A DNA stretch of 64,000 nt, from the IMG/VR virus record IMGVR_UViG_3300037466_003369, positions 1 to 64,000 of that record; one strand, 5' to 3'. This DNA is from a virus. Its lineage: Duplodnaviria; Caudoviricetes. Under the pieces are notes generated by a model. It made no database searches. It had not been told where the DNA came from and saw nothing but the letters and a program-made list of their open reading frames with translations. Positions 37,899-45,892 of the stretch are shown here, piece after piece. The position numbers and the translations under genes were made by a program. Each line of letters begins with the position of its first letter. Position 1 is the stretch's first letter.

Positions 37899-37927
37899 CC
37901 CATACCACAGCCTGAAGTAAAAAGAAA
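37899..37927 (-). promoter_or_regulatory. Possible leftward promoter (degenerate copy of the phage motif)
   Basis: TTTCTT-17 nt-TATGGG upstream of the antisense gene pair. Confidence 0.35.
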
Positions 37928-37964
37928 CAAAGCAGTCATCGCGGGGGCGTCATTGAACACCAAC

Positions 37965-38336
37965 ATGCCGAGCTTGGAGACGGTTGGCGGCTGGGTGGCC
38001 GTCATCCTCGGGTCCAGTGGCCTGGGGGCGGTGGTCAACCACTGGTCCCAGCGGCACAAGACCAAGGCCATGGAGCCTGCCGAGCTGATCCGCGCCATCG
38101 GCGAGGCCAGCGAGACCATGACCGGCGCCGGTTCCACGCTGATGAAGGCCTTCGTGGAGGAGTTCAAGTTCCTCCGCAAGCGCATCGACGAACTGGAGGA
38201 GGACCTGCGGACCTCCAAGACCGGTCACCAGGAGTGCGAGGCGCAGCTACGCGTGGTGCGCCTTGAGATCGAGGAACTGATGCGGGGCCGCGTCGCCGGC
38301 TACGGCGAGGTCGCCCCCAAGGGAGATGGAATATGA
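37965..38336 (+). CDS. Holin/antiholin-like protein (N-terminal TM plus coiled coil)
   Basis: GWVAVILGSSGLGAVV then a heptad-rich helix; first gene of the lysis block. Confidence 0.55.
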   Translation: MPSLETVGGWVAVILGSSGLGAVVNHWSQRHKTKAMEPAELIRAIGEASETMTGAGSTLMKAFVEEFKFLRKRIDELEEDLRTSKTGHQECEAQLRVVRLEIEELMRGRVAGYGEVAPKGDGI

Positions 38337-38647
38337 GCGAGGCCCCCACGCCGCCGGTCACGGCGGCCGATCCCCCCAAGCCCGACACCTGGGGTCAACT
38401 GGTCACCGCCGTGGCCATCGTCCTGGCCCTCTGGACCATCGCCCTCGGACTCGTGATCGTGATCGGCATCCTTCTGGTCAACGCCGTCATGTCCAAGGAC
38501 GCCGACGTCGCCAAGACCATGGCCGTGGCCGGAATTGTCATGGGGACCATCGGTACGGTGGTGGGTACGCTGGGGTCGGCTCTGCAGGCCCCCAGCGGCA
38601 TCGGCAACGTTGTGCGCGCCGTGACCGGCGGCGCACCCAGGCCATAA
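38333..38647 (+). CDS. Putative holin (2 TM)
   Basis: Two hydrophobic segments; upstream of the endolysin. Confidence 0.6.
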   Translation: MSEAPTPPVTAADPPKPDTWGQLVTAVAIVLALWTIALGLVIVIGILLVNAVMSKDADVAKTMAVAGIVMGTIGTVVGTLGSALQAPSGIGNVVRAVTGGAPRP

Positions 38648-38742
38648 CCCGGCGGACGCGGCCAGGAGTGTCGCCGCGAAAACGGTTCCTGCGGGCCTCA
38701 GGCCGCCTCCGGGCCCGCAATCCCCTGTCCGTGCGAGGTCCC

Positions 38743-39237
38743 ATGACGGACGACGATTTGCTTGCGACCTGCATCGCCGACGAGGCTGGCGGCGAGCCCT
38801 ACGAGGGCAAGGTGGCCGTGGCCATCGTGCTCCTCAACCGTATGGCGCTCCGCTATCAGAGCGATGGCACGGCTCCCGGCACGGTGTTGAGGAAGGACCA
38901 GTTCTCGGGCTTCTGGTTCGAAATGATCAACGGTGTCTACACCCGCGTCTGCTACACGTCCGAGGACGCCCAGGCGCGCGCCGAGGAGAAGTTCGCCCGG
39001 TACTCGTTCCAGTCGATCTGGCCCGACTGCAAGCGCGCCATCGTCGATGCCCGGATTTGGGGTGCGCAGCAGAACGGCCAGCATGATTCCGTTCTCAGCT
39101 TCAATCCCGGCCCTGCCTTCGCGGGCCTGACCCCATCGACCGTCCTCTATTTGAATCCCAGGATCAGTCGCGCCCCATGGGCCACGCCTGACAAGCAGGA
39201 CGCGGTGATCTTTAACCACACCTTCTTCCATGCCTGA
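38743..39237 (+). CDS. Endolysin, cell wall hydrolase 2 (SleB/CwlJ) family
   Basis: LATCIADEAGGEPYEGKVAVAIVLLNR, QFS, NHTFF. Confidence 0.85.
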   Translation: MTDDDLLATCIADEAGGEPYEGKVAVAIVLLNRMALRYQSDGTAPGTVLRKDQFSGFWFEMINGVYTRVCYTSEDAQARAEEKFARYSFQSIWPDCKRAIVDARIWGAQQNGQHDSVLSFNPGPAFAGLTPSTVLYLNPRISRAPWATPDKQDAVIFNHTFFHA

Positions 39238-39335
39238 GACAATTTGCTTTATTTCTTTCATTTGAACCCTGACCGATCTTGGGGCACAGTGGCGGTTCCA
39301 GCCCGGCCATCGGGGACGGGCCAGGGAGACAATCC

Positions 39336-39779
39336 ATGAGCATCGTATCGAAGGCCATCCGGGACGTGCTGTCCGGCGTGCCGCTCGCCAAAGTCTGGGA
39401 CGACGCCTCCACGTCGTTCGAGAACTTCGTCACACAGATCGGCAACAAGAGCCAGATCGCCGCCACCGCCATCGCGCAGACCGAGGCTGTGGTCAAACAG
39501 GGCCTCAGCGACGCCATCTCGGTGGCCGATTCGGCGCTGGGCCAGCACGCCGCCGATGTGGCCAAGATCGTCGAGGACGGCCTTGACGCGGCCCTGGCCG
39601 GGGCGACTGGCGGCGCATCGATCCCATACAACGCGATCATCGACGCCGGCATCGAGGACCTCGCCGGCATCGTCGTCACCGCGGCCCATGCCTGGGCGGC
39701 GAAGGTCAAGGCCAGTCTGATCAATGCGCCGGTCATCGCCGCCCCTCAGCAGCAGGCACAGCAACAGCAGCAGAACTGA
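39336..39779 (+). CDS. Ala-rich hypothetical protein in the lysis block
   Basis: GGGAG RBS before MSIVSKAIRD. Confidence 0.7.
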   Translation: MSIVSKAIRDVLSGVPLAKVWDDASTSFENFVTQIGNKSQIAATAIAQTEAVVKQGLSDAISVADSALGQHAADVAKIVEDGLDAALAGATGGASIPYNAIIDAGIEDLAGIVVTAAHAWAAKVKASLINAPVIAAPQQQAQQQQQN

Positions 39780-39789
39780 CGCCTGCGAC

Positions 39790-40326
39790 ATGCACGAGCT
39801 GCACGTCCATCACCACTTCCACCGTGAGGGGCAACCGCCGCCCTCCTTCGATGTGGACATCCTGGCGGCGATCAAAGGACTGAGAGAAGACATGGGTAAG
39901 CTGCAAGACTCGATCGCGGCCTTCAATGCCGCTGATGGCGAGCTGACGAACGTCGTCAATGACCTGATGACCCGATTCCTGGCCGAGCTGGCCGCCGAGC
40001 CGCAGAAGATCGCCGACGCGGTCTCCAAGGCCCTGGCCGATGCGGGCGCGAGCGACGAACAGTCTGCCGCTGCGGTGGACGCCGCCACGGCCCAGACCCA
40101 GGCCCTTCTGGCCAAGGTCAAGGCCGCGTTGGACCCGAGCCACAACGTCGGGGCCGGGACTGACACCACCACGGCCACGGTCGCCGAGACGACCCAGGAC
40201 GCCGGCGCCGCCGAGGCCTCGACGGTGAGCGGCGGCGCGGGGGACGACAGCATCGAAGCCGGCGCCGGCGAACCCGCCGCTCCGGCCACCGCGGCCGAGG
40301 ACGGGTCCCAGACCCAGGTCTCGTGA
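39790..40326 (+). CDS. Hypothetical protein, His-rich N-terminus, helical core, acidic tail
   Basis: MHELHVHHHFH...; 10 nt after the previous stop. Confidence 0.65.
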   Translation: MHELHVHHHFHREGQPPPSFDVDILAAIKGLREDMGKLQDSIAAFNAADGELTNVVNDLMTRFLAELAAEPQKIADAVSKALADAGASDEQSAAAVDAATAQTQALLAKVKAALDPSHNVGAGTDTTTATVAETTQDAGAAEASTVSGGAGDDSIEAGAGEPAAPATAAEDGSQTQVS

Positions 40327-40354
40327 TCATTCCCGTTCGAGGGATGGAAGGGCC

Positions 40355-40384
40355 AGGGGTCGCGCGCGAGCGCGGCCCCTTCTT
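40355..40384 (+). terminator. GC hairpin with GNRA loop, possible internal terminator
   Basis: AGGGGTCGCGC-GCGA-GCGCGGCCCCT then TCTT (short U tract). Confidence 0.45.
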
Positions 40385-40397
40385 CATGGAGGAGCCC

Positions 40398-40463
40398 ATG
40401 AGTTTCATCGCCCGCAAGGCGGCGTTCGTCGCCGGCTTCGTCTGGGGCCTGATCCATGGATAG
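40398..40463 (+). CDS. 21-aa hydrophobic peptide
   Basis: GGAGGAG RBS; MSFIARKAAFVAGFVWGLIHG; overlaps the Rz start. Confidence 0.4.
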   Translation: MSFIARKAAFVAGFVWGLIHG

Positions 40464-40869
40464 GATCATCACCCTGCTGTGCGCCCTGGTCCTGGCGGCC
40501 GGGGCCATGGCCGCCTGGGACCGGCATCCGCCGCTCTCGCTGCCCGTGCTGCCGTTCTGGCATGTTGCCCTGCCGCCCAGCCTCGCGCAGCAGCGCGACG
40601 ACGCCCTGGCCGCCATGGGACGGGCCCGCAATGAACAGGTGACCTGTCTGGCCTCCCTGGGCCAGCAAAATATGGAGATCGAGTCGCTCAGCCGTTACGG
40701 CGACGAGATCACCGCCAAGAGCACCGCCGCCCTCGCCAGAGCCGCGGATGAGAACGAGCGCCTGCGCGCCGCCAGCGCTCACGTCGCCCAGTGGCGTCCC
40801 CAGGACGGCCAGGATCAGTGCGGCGCCTGGGGCAGTGCGGACGCCGCCGTCACGGAGGCCCTGAAGTGA
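40456..40869 (+). CDS. Inner-membrane spanin (Rz-like)
   Basis: N-terminal TM, coiled coil, Cys; overlaps the lipoprotein gene. Confidence 0.7.
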   Translation: MDRIITLLCALVLAAGAMAAWDRHPPLSLPVLPFWHVALPPSLAQQRDDALAAMGRARNEQVTCLASLGQQNMEIESLSRYGDEITAKSTAALARAADENERLRAASAHVAQWRPQDGQDQCGAWGSADAAVTEALK

Positions 40870-41153
40870 AGCTCATCGTCCTGTTCCTCGCCGCCGGCCT
40901 CCTGACGGCCTGCGCGGGGCCCCAGAAGCCCGAGACCCACGTGGTCTACCAGACGGTAGACAGACCCGTACCGGTGTCCTGCGTGCCATCCGGTCTTAAA
41001 CCGAAGCCGGAAGGCCTGCTCACCAGGGAGCAGGCCGAGGAGATGGATGGACCCCACCGATACGTGGCCATCGTGGCCGACTGGGCGCTCCGCGTCGCCC
41101 GCATGAATGACACCGAGCCGGTCATCGAGGCCTGCCGCTCTGTCCCGAGATAG
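40866..41153 (+). CDS. Outer-membrane lipoprotein spanin (Rz1-like)
   Basis: GTG start; MKLIVLFLAAGLLTA|C lipobox; Pro-rich VPVSCVP. Confidence 0.8.
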   Translation: MKLIVLFLAAGLLTACAGPQKPETHVVYQTVDRPVPVSCVPSGLKPKPEGLLTREQAEEMDGPHRYVAIVADWALRVARMNDTEPVIEACRSVPR

Positions 41154-41180
41154 CGCGTCCCAGTCCTTCGCGCTCCACCT

Positions 41181-41213
41181 GGGCCCCGGTTCACGCCGGG
41201 GCCCTTTTTCGTT
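41181..41213 (+). terminator. Intrinsic terminator ending the late operon
   Basis: GGGCCCCGG-TTCACG-CCGGGGCCC-TTTTTCGTTT at the point where the two gene blocks converge. Confidence 0.9.
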
Positions 41214-41432
41214 TCAGGGGCGCTTGGCCCTGATCTCCTCCGGCGTCAGCACACGCGGGTCATCGTGGTCCAGGCTCTCGATGATGGGGTGATCCATGCG
41301 GTGTCGAGCCCTGGCGGCCGAGTAGCGGACGTTCAACGTCGCGGCGCGCTCGGCGCCGCAGAAGGGTACGTCCGACAGCGGCTTCAGCCTCAGGCGCTTC
41401 TCCTCCTCGGGAAAGTAGATGCGCGCTCCCAT
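41214..41432 (-). CDS. Hypothetical protein (72 aa)
   Basis: MGARIYFPEEEKRLR...; TGATG start. Confidence 0.5.
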   Translation of the reverse strand: MGARIYFPEEEKRLRLKPLSDVPFCGAERAATLNVRYSAARARHRMDHPIIESLDHDDPRVLTPEEIRAKRP

Positions 41433-41496
41433 CAGGCGTACTCCGACGGAAGTGGGGCCATCCCCATCAGGCGTACTCCGACGGAAGTGGGGCCAT
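41428..41496. repeat. 34-nt direct repeat with 35-nt period at the thyX 3' end
   Basis: CCCATCAGGCGTACTCCGACGGAAGTGGGGCCAT at 41428 and 41463. Confidence 0.95.
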
Positions 41497-42390
41497 GGCC
41501 TCGCCCGGCAGCATCTTGCGGTACTGCCGCCAGCCGGTGAGGTTGCCGTGCTCCTCGGGACGGTTCCACAGTTCGCTTCCGCACTCCGGGCATTCGATGT
41601 GATCCGCGATAGGCATATGCGTGTCGGGCGTCGCCTGATGCTCGGCCGGGCTGGCATGGACCGGGCTGGCCGCCAGGAGCTTGTCGTACAACTCCAGGTC
41701 CTCCTCGACGGTGGATACCTTCCCGGTCTTGAACGACAGCCGCGAGACGCGGGCGCAGCGGGCGACCGAGACCTTGATGGCGGCATGTTCAATGCTGACG
41801 GCGTTGGCCAACGGGATGTCCAGCGCCCAGAGGTCCTCGTGGTTGATGTATGGCAGATGCCATTCGCCCGGATAGCGAAGTCCCGGCGTGCTGGATAGGT
41901 AGGCGCGCCACATGACATCGGCCAGGGCTCTGATCTCCGGCTGGGCCTCCTTGTCGAGGCGCAGGCCGAAGAAGTTCATGAACTCGGTCGCGGTCACCAC
42001 CACGTTGATGTGCTGGTAGGGCATCAGCACCCGGTTCACGAACTGCTTGTGGGCGTCGACCGCGGCCATGGCCCTGGCGGCGCCGAGGGCCGACTGCATC
42101 CCGTTGTTCCAGGCCCGCTTGGCCACGGCCAGGGCGCTTCCGGTCAGCTCCTCCCTGGCGCTCATGCCGGGGACGTTGCGGCCCCAGTGGATCGGGTAGA
42201 CCGGATCGCGATCCACGTCCTCGATCATGGCCTTCACCGGGATGGCCCGCGCCGAGGAGGCGTTGCGACTGAACACCCGGTGGGTCAGTAGCTCGTCGTG
42301 GATGAAGCGTGGGTAGCGGAGCTGGAAGGTGGTCAGGCGGTCGCACCGCGGACTGATGCTGTCCAGGACGACGCTGGCGGTGATGGTCAT
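41467..42390 (-). CDS. thyX: FAD-dependent thymidylate synthase (phage Thy1 type)
   Basis: RLTTFQLRYPRFIHDELLTHRVFSRNASSARAIP, HKQFVNRVL, AQPEI, CARVS, HASPAEH. Confidence 0.9.
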   Translation of the reverse strand: MTITASVVLDSISPRCDRLTTFQLRYPRFIHDELLTHRVFSRNASSARAIPVKAMIEDVDRDPVYPIHWGRNVPGMSAREELTGSALAVAKRAWNNGMQSALGAARAMAAVDAHKQFVNRVLMPYQHINVVVTATEFMNFFGLRLDKEAQPEIRALADVMWRAYLSSTPGLRYPGEWHLPYINHEDLWALDIPLANAVSIEHAAIKVSVARCARVSRLSFKTGKVSTVEEDLELYDKLLAASPVHASPAEHQATPDTHMPIADHIECPECGSELWNRPEEHGNLTGWRQYRKMLPGEAMAPLPSEYA

Positions 42391-42660
42391 TCAGTCATGC
42401 TCCGCGGTCAGGAGATCGATGTCGTTGGCGAGCGCCACCAGCTTCGGGAAGAGTCTCTCGTAGAGCCTGAGGCGCTCGCGGTCGGAGGCCTTCTCAAGCC
42501 GCCCGGAGACCTCCTCGTAGGTGGTGAACCTGTGGCTGCACTGCGAGCACTCCCGGCGGCGCCGGACGCTGCCGTCCACGTCCTGCCGGGAATCCTTGAC
42601 GTTGGTCCGGGCGTCGCACTTCGGACAGGCGAAGCCGTTGGCCGAGGAGGGGCCGGCCAC
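42391..42660 (-). CDS. NrdR-like N-terminal zinc-ribbon protein without ATP cone
   Basis: CPKC...VKDSR...[18 protein letters not shown]. Confidence 0.75.
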   Translation of the reverse strand: MAGPSSANGFACPKCDARTNVKDSRQDVDGSVRRRRECSQCSHRFTTYEEVSGRLEKASDRERLRLYERLFPKLVALANDIDLLTAEHD

Positions 42661-42947
42661 TAGGACGACCGGGCCAGGATGGCCTCCAGAGTCTGCACCC
42701 TGGACTCCAGGTCCTCGGCCCACCGCCGGCAGAGGTCGCGCACGCCGGCCGGATAAGCGTCGCCGCCCTCGGCGATCTCGGCGCAGACGTCCATCAGCGC
42801 CGCCGCGGCGTCGGATACGTCAGTCCGGATGTGATCCCTGGCCAGGGCCCTGGCCTCGGCCTGCAGGCGGCGGATGCGTTCGCCCACCGTCTCCGGCTTC
42901 GTGGGCGGCAGCCCGATGATGGTCTGGTGCTGAGGTTCGACGCTCAT
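42660..42947 (-). CDS. Hypothetical protein (95 aa)
   Basis: [21 protein letters not shown]...[15 protein letters not shown]; ATGA overlap. Confidence 0.75.
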   Translation of the reverse strand: MSVEPQHQTIIGLPPTKPETVGERIRRLQAEARALARDHIRTDVSDAAAALMDVCAEIAEGGDAYPAGVRDLCRRWAEDLESRVQTLEAILARSS

Positions 42948-43357
42948 GCCGCGGCCACGTACTTGTTGGCCTCGGGCGTGGCGTCCAGGAAGGCCTGGGC
43001 GGTGATCGCGCTTCCGTCGAAGAGGTCGTAGATCGCCCACACCGAGGGCCCCAGCACTCGGCCCGAGGTGGCGGGACGGTGCTCCAGCCAGTAGACGGTT
43101 TTGTCGTGCATCCGGGCCCATTCGATCTCACGGGTGGTGCTCTCGCCGTAGTAGCCGTCCACGTTGAGAACGACGATGGCGTCGGAGTGATTGATCTTGT
43201 CCTGGTGGACGAGGTCGAAGCGGCGCTTCTCCTCCTCGGAGGCATCGCCCTCCATGCGGCAGATCGTGTAGACGGTGTGCCCGGCCTTGGTCAGGATGAC
43301 GTCCCAGTCCCGGAACGCCTGCCCGAACCGCGTCGAGCCGCAGAGCGTGATCTTCAT
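42944..43357 (-). CDS. Nucleoside 2-deoxyribosyltransferase-like fold protein
   Basis: KITLCGSTRF...HQDKINHSDAIVVLNVDGYYGESTTREIEWA. Confidence 0.7.
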   Translation of the reverse strand: MKITLCGSTRFGQAFRDWDVILTKAGHTVYTICRMEGDASEEEKRRFDLVHQDKINHSDAIVVLNVDGYYGESTTREIEWARMHDKTVYWLEHRPATSGRVLGPSVWAIYDLFDGSAITAQAFLDATPEANKYVAAA

Positions 43358-43557
43358 GATGCCTTCCTGATGTCTGAGTCCGTTGACGCCGTCACGATCC
43401 ATCTCTCGGTCTGATAGTAGATCGTGTCGCCAACCCTGATTCCTGTGGGCACGTAGATTGTGCGGATCGTGGGAGAGGCCAGCGAAGAAATCGCCGGCAA
43501 CAGCGGCGCAGCCACGGCGCCGGCCAGGAGACCGAACAGTCCTCTTTGAGTGGTCAT
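43354..43557 (-). CDS. Small protein with a Tat-like N-terminus
   Basis: MTTQRGLFGLLAGAVAAPLLP. Confidence 0.5.
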   Translation of the reverse strand: MTTQRGLFGLLAGAVAAPLLPAISSLASPTIRTIYVPTGIRVGDTIYYQTERWIVTASTDSDIRKAS

Positions 43558-43558
43558 G

Positions 43559-44323
43559 TCACGGTCCCTGCAACGCGTCCCAGAAGCGCCGGCCCAGGGC
43601 CACGTGGCCCGCGGCGGTGTAGTGCAGGCTGTCGGGCTGCAGCGGCAGGTCCTTGGTTGTGAAGCCCGGCGAATTGGCCGGGTCATCGGTGGAGACGTCC
43701 CATTGCGCCAGCCGCACGGTCTGCACGTAGGTGGTCAGCGGCGCATTGATGCGGCCGACGCCCACCCTGTTCACCGACCAGCCCACGGTGGGGTCCCGGA
43801 CGTGGGCCAGGAAGTCCCGCAGGTTGGTGTTGTAGTTGTCGGCCGCGGTCTGGTCGGTTGCGTCCTGCTCGCCCTGCATCCACATGCAGAAGTCGTAGGC
43901 CGTGAAGGCGTACTGGCCGCCGGCCAGCGCCGCCATGGCCGCCTGGGTGGTGTCGTGGGCGGTCTTGAACAATTCCGCCGTGCTCTCCGGCGACCAGTCC
44001 AGGACGCCCACGCCGTCATTCCTGGCGAGGCCCGTGGAGCCCTTCACACAGCCGGCCTTGACGATCCAGAGCGAGTCGCTCGACGACACGTTCTTGGACT
44101 TCCATTGGTTGGCGAACTCCACCTCCGGACCCCAGACGCCGGGGTTGGCCAGCGTGCCGGTGTTGGAGCCGGGCAGCATGTAGTTCCAGGCGTCCGGGAC
44201 GCCGTCGCCGTTGGTGTCGCACCAAATCTGGACGCGGGCGTCGGGCGTGTAGGGCGCCGGGCCGGTGTTCAGGAAGCCGAGGGCGTTGGACTGTCCCGCG
44301 ACGATCACGCGCATCATGGCCAT
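43559..44323 (-). CDS. SASA/CE6-family acetylesterase (SGNH fold)
   Basis: VAGQSNALG, WMQGEQDA, DSLHYTAAG. Confidence 0.85.
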   Translation of the reverse strand: MAMMRVIVAGQSNALGFLNTGPAPYTPDARVQIWCDTNGDGVPDAWNYMLPGSNTGTLANPGVWGPEVEFANQWKSKNVSSSDSLWIVKAGCVKGSTGLARNDGVGVLDWSPESTAELFKTAHDTTQAAMAALAGGQYAFTAYDFCMWMQGEQDATDQTAADNYNTNLRDFLAHVRDPTVGWSVNRVGVGRINAPLTTYVQTVRLAQWDVSTDDPANSPGFTTKDLPLQPDSLHYTAAGHVALGRRFWDALQGP

Positions 44324-44628
44324 CAGGCGATCTCCCTGGCGTCCTGGTCGATCTCATCCTCGACCAGCGAGGTGTCGCCGTCGTCCAGGGGCGCGAACAG
44401 CGAGATACAGTAGCCGACGCGGTGACCGCTGGACATGACGGCGGGACGCTCGCGCAGCGCCACGGCCCGGTCACAGGCGTCGATGGGGCAGACGCCATGG
44501 CTCCAGACGTCGACCCTCTCCACGAAGTAGATCGCGCCCTGGGTGACGTCATGGCGCGTCACATGACCCATGGACTTCCAGGTCCGGACGCAGCGCACGC
44601 ACATGCCGGGACCGATGGGCTTGGCCAT
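44323..44628 (-). CDS. Hypothetical protein (Cys-rich)
   Basis: Coupled ORF. Confidence 0.55.
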   Translation of the reverse strand: MAKPIGPGMCVRCVRTWKSMGHVTRHDVTQGAIYFVERVDVWSHGVCPIDACDRAVALRERPAVMSSGHRVGYCISLFAPLDDGDTSLVEDEIDQDAREIA

Positions 44629-44708
44629 CAGTGACCTCCGCCGAGGATCAGCGCGGCGCCCAGGGTGAACAGGGCCACGGCCCAGGTGAAGTCCATCAAT
44701 GCCCGCAT
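44628..44708 (-). CDS. 26-aa membrane peptide
   Basis: GGAGGAGG RBS; MRALMDFTWAVALFTLGAALILGGGH. Confidence 0.5.
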   Translation of the reverse strand: MRALMDFTWAVALFTLGAALILGGGH

Positions 44709-44733
44709 GTCAGCCTCCTCCGATTGCGCAGCC

Positions 44734-44765
44734 ATGCTGCACCATAGCGAGACAAAAAGAAAGTG
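44734..44765 (-). promoter_or_regulatory. Leftward promoter-motif copy
   Basis: CACTTTCTTTTTG core; -10 ambiguous (CAGCAT at 17-nt spacing). Confidence 0.4.
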
Positions 44766-44770
44766 ATTTC

Positions 44771-44998
44771 CTACGTGACCGGTCGCCGCGCCTCGTCGGA
44801 AACCGGAATCCACTGACCGCTTCTGAAGTCGATGTGACCATTCATGATAGCCAGCCGCTCGATGTGATGTAGCCGCCGCTTTGGACAGTGCGTCGTCAGG
44901 CTGGCCTCCAGGCCGTTACAGACGAGACAGAATCGTTCGCCCCGAACCATCGCCCGCGGGAAGGAGTGGAACGGCCAGTCGATCACTTCAGCAGTCAT
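44771..44998 (-). CDS. Hypothetical protein (CxxC)
   Basis: MTAEVIDWPFH...CLVCNG. Confidence 0.55.
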   Translation of the reverse strand: MTAEVIDWPFHSFPRAMVRGERFCLVCNGLEASLTTHCPKRRLHHIERLAIMNGHIDFRSGQWIPVSDEARRPVT

Positions 44999-45299
44999 TG
45001 ACCTGCAGCTCCGCGCCATGACGCGCCACCTCGGCGGCGAACCGGTCCTCGTAGTGCTCGGCGATGGGGCCGGCGCCGTGTCCGACTACGATCTCGTGGC
45101 CGCAGTCCGGGCACGCCCAGAGGTCCGAGTTCCAGAGCTTGTAGGGCGTCCAGGCGTCCGGGCAGCGCAGGCCGCGCACGTTCTCGTCGCGCTCGACGCG
45201 GACGGCGCCGCCGTGGGGCTTGCCCTCGATCCAGGCGAAGCCGTTCTGCTTGGGTCGGTAGAAGCACCGGCACTTCACGCACACGGGTTTCGGCATCAT
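44988..45299 (-). CDS. Hypothetical zinc-finger-like protein
   Basis: CVKC...CPDCGHE. Confidence 0.65.
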   Translation of the reverse strand: MMPKPVCVKCRCFYRPKQNGFAWIEGKPHGGAVRVERDENVRGLRCPDAWTPYKLWNSDLWACPDCGHEIVVGHGAGPIAEHYEDRFAAEVARHGAELQVNDC

Positions 45300-45505
45300 T
45301 TCCCTCCCTTCAGTTCCACGGCCCTTCCGCCGCCGTTGTGGATCAGCCAGCGCCGGCCACCCTTCCTGGCCTTCAGGATGACATCCTTGCCGTCAAAAAT
45401 GTTAGGCGTCGGCGCTTTGGTCTTTGCGACGTCCACATGGACGATTTCGTCATGGATCACAGAGCCGCGCGACACGCGGCGGGGTTCAGGCTTGGACTTC
45501 GGCAC
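45296..45505 (-). CDS. Small basic hypothetical protein
   Basis: Coupled ORF. Confidence 0.45.
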   Translation of the reverse strand: MPKSKPEPRRVSRGSVIHDEIVHVDVAKTKAPTPNIFDGKDVILKARKGGRRWLIHNGGGRAVELKGGK

Positions 45506-45710
45506 GTTGCGCCTCCCGCTTGGCGAGGTAGTCGCAGCGGGCCTTGGCCAGGGACAGGCCGTCCGGGGTCCTGGGGTAGGCGCTGTCGCCGGTCGAGTGC
45601 GTGCCGCCGGGAGCCGGACGGTAGACCGCGTAGCAGGGCTCGCCGGTCAGGGTCTTGTCGCGGGCGACCCAGTAGGCGCCGTTCTCGTGCATGATGTCGG
45701 TTTCCCTCAT
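45486..45710 (-). CDS. Hypothetical protein
   Basis: MRETDIMHENGAYWVARD; ATGA overlap. Confidence 0.6.
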   Translation of the reverse strand: MRETDIMHENGAYWVARDKTLTGEPCYAVYRPAPGGTHSTGDSAYPRTPDGLSLAKARCDYLAKREAQRAEVQA

Positions 45711-45892
45711 GCAAGTTCCTCTCGAAGCTTGATCATCTGGACCCGGCCGGCATTGTGGCCTTGCGACCAAGCCAGCTTCTCCTGTGGGCGGTCGGCGCTG
45801 AAGGGATTGGAGCCGTAGGGCTTGCCCTCCACTCCTGCCGCGTGACCCATATCATTGGCGCGCTCGATTTGGCGCTGGGTGGGCTGGTTCAT
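45707..45892 (-). CDS. Rmf/CrpP-like small protein
   Basis: GHAAGVEGKPYGSNPF...LAWSQGHNAG. Confidence 0.55.
   Translation of the reverse strand: MNQPTQRQIERANDMGHAAGVEGKPYGSNPFSADRPQEKLAWSQGHNAGRVQMIKLREELA

Noticed and set aside
38648-38742. Structured gap between holin and endolysin as a riboswitch
   Set aside because: A stem (TGCGGGCC/GGCCCGCA) exists, but I could not match any known riboswitch consensus, and GC-rich DNA forms such stems easily
41428-41496. Direct repeats as a CRISPR array
   Set aside because: Two adjacent copies with a 1-nt gap, no spacers, no cas genes; the same applies to the repeats at 4068-4749
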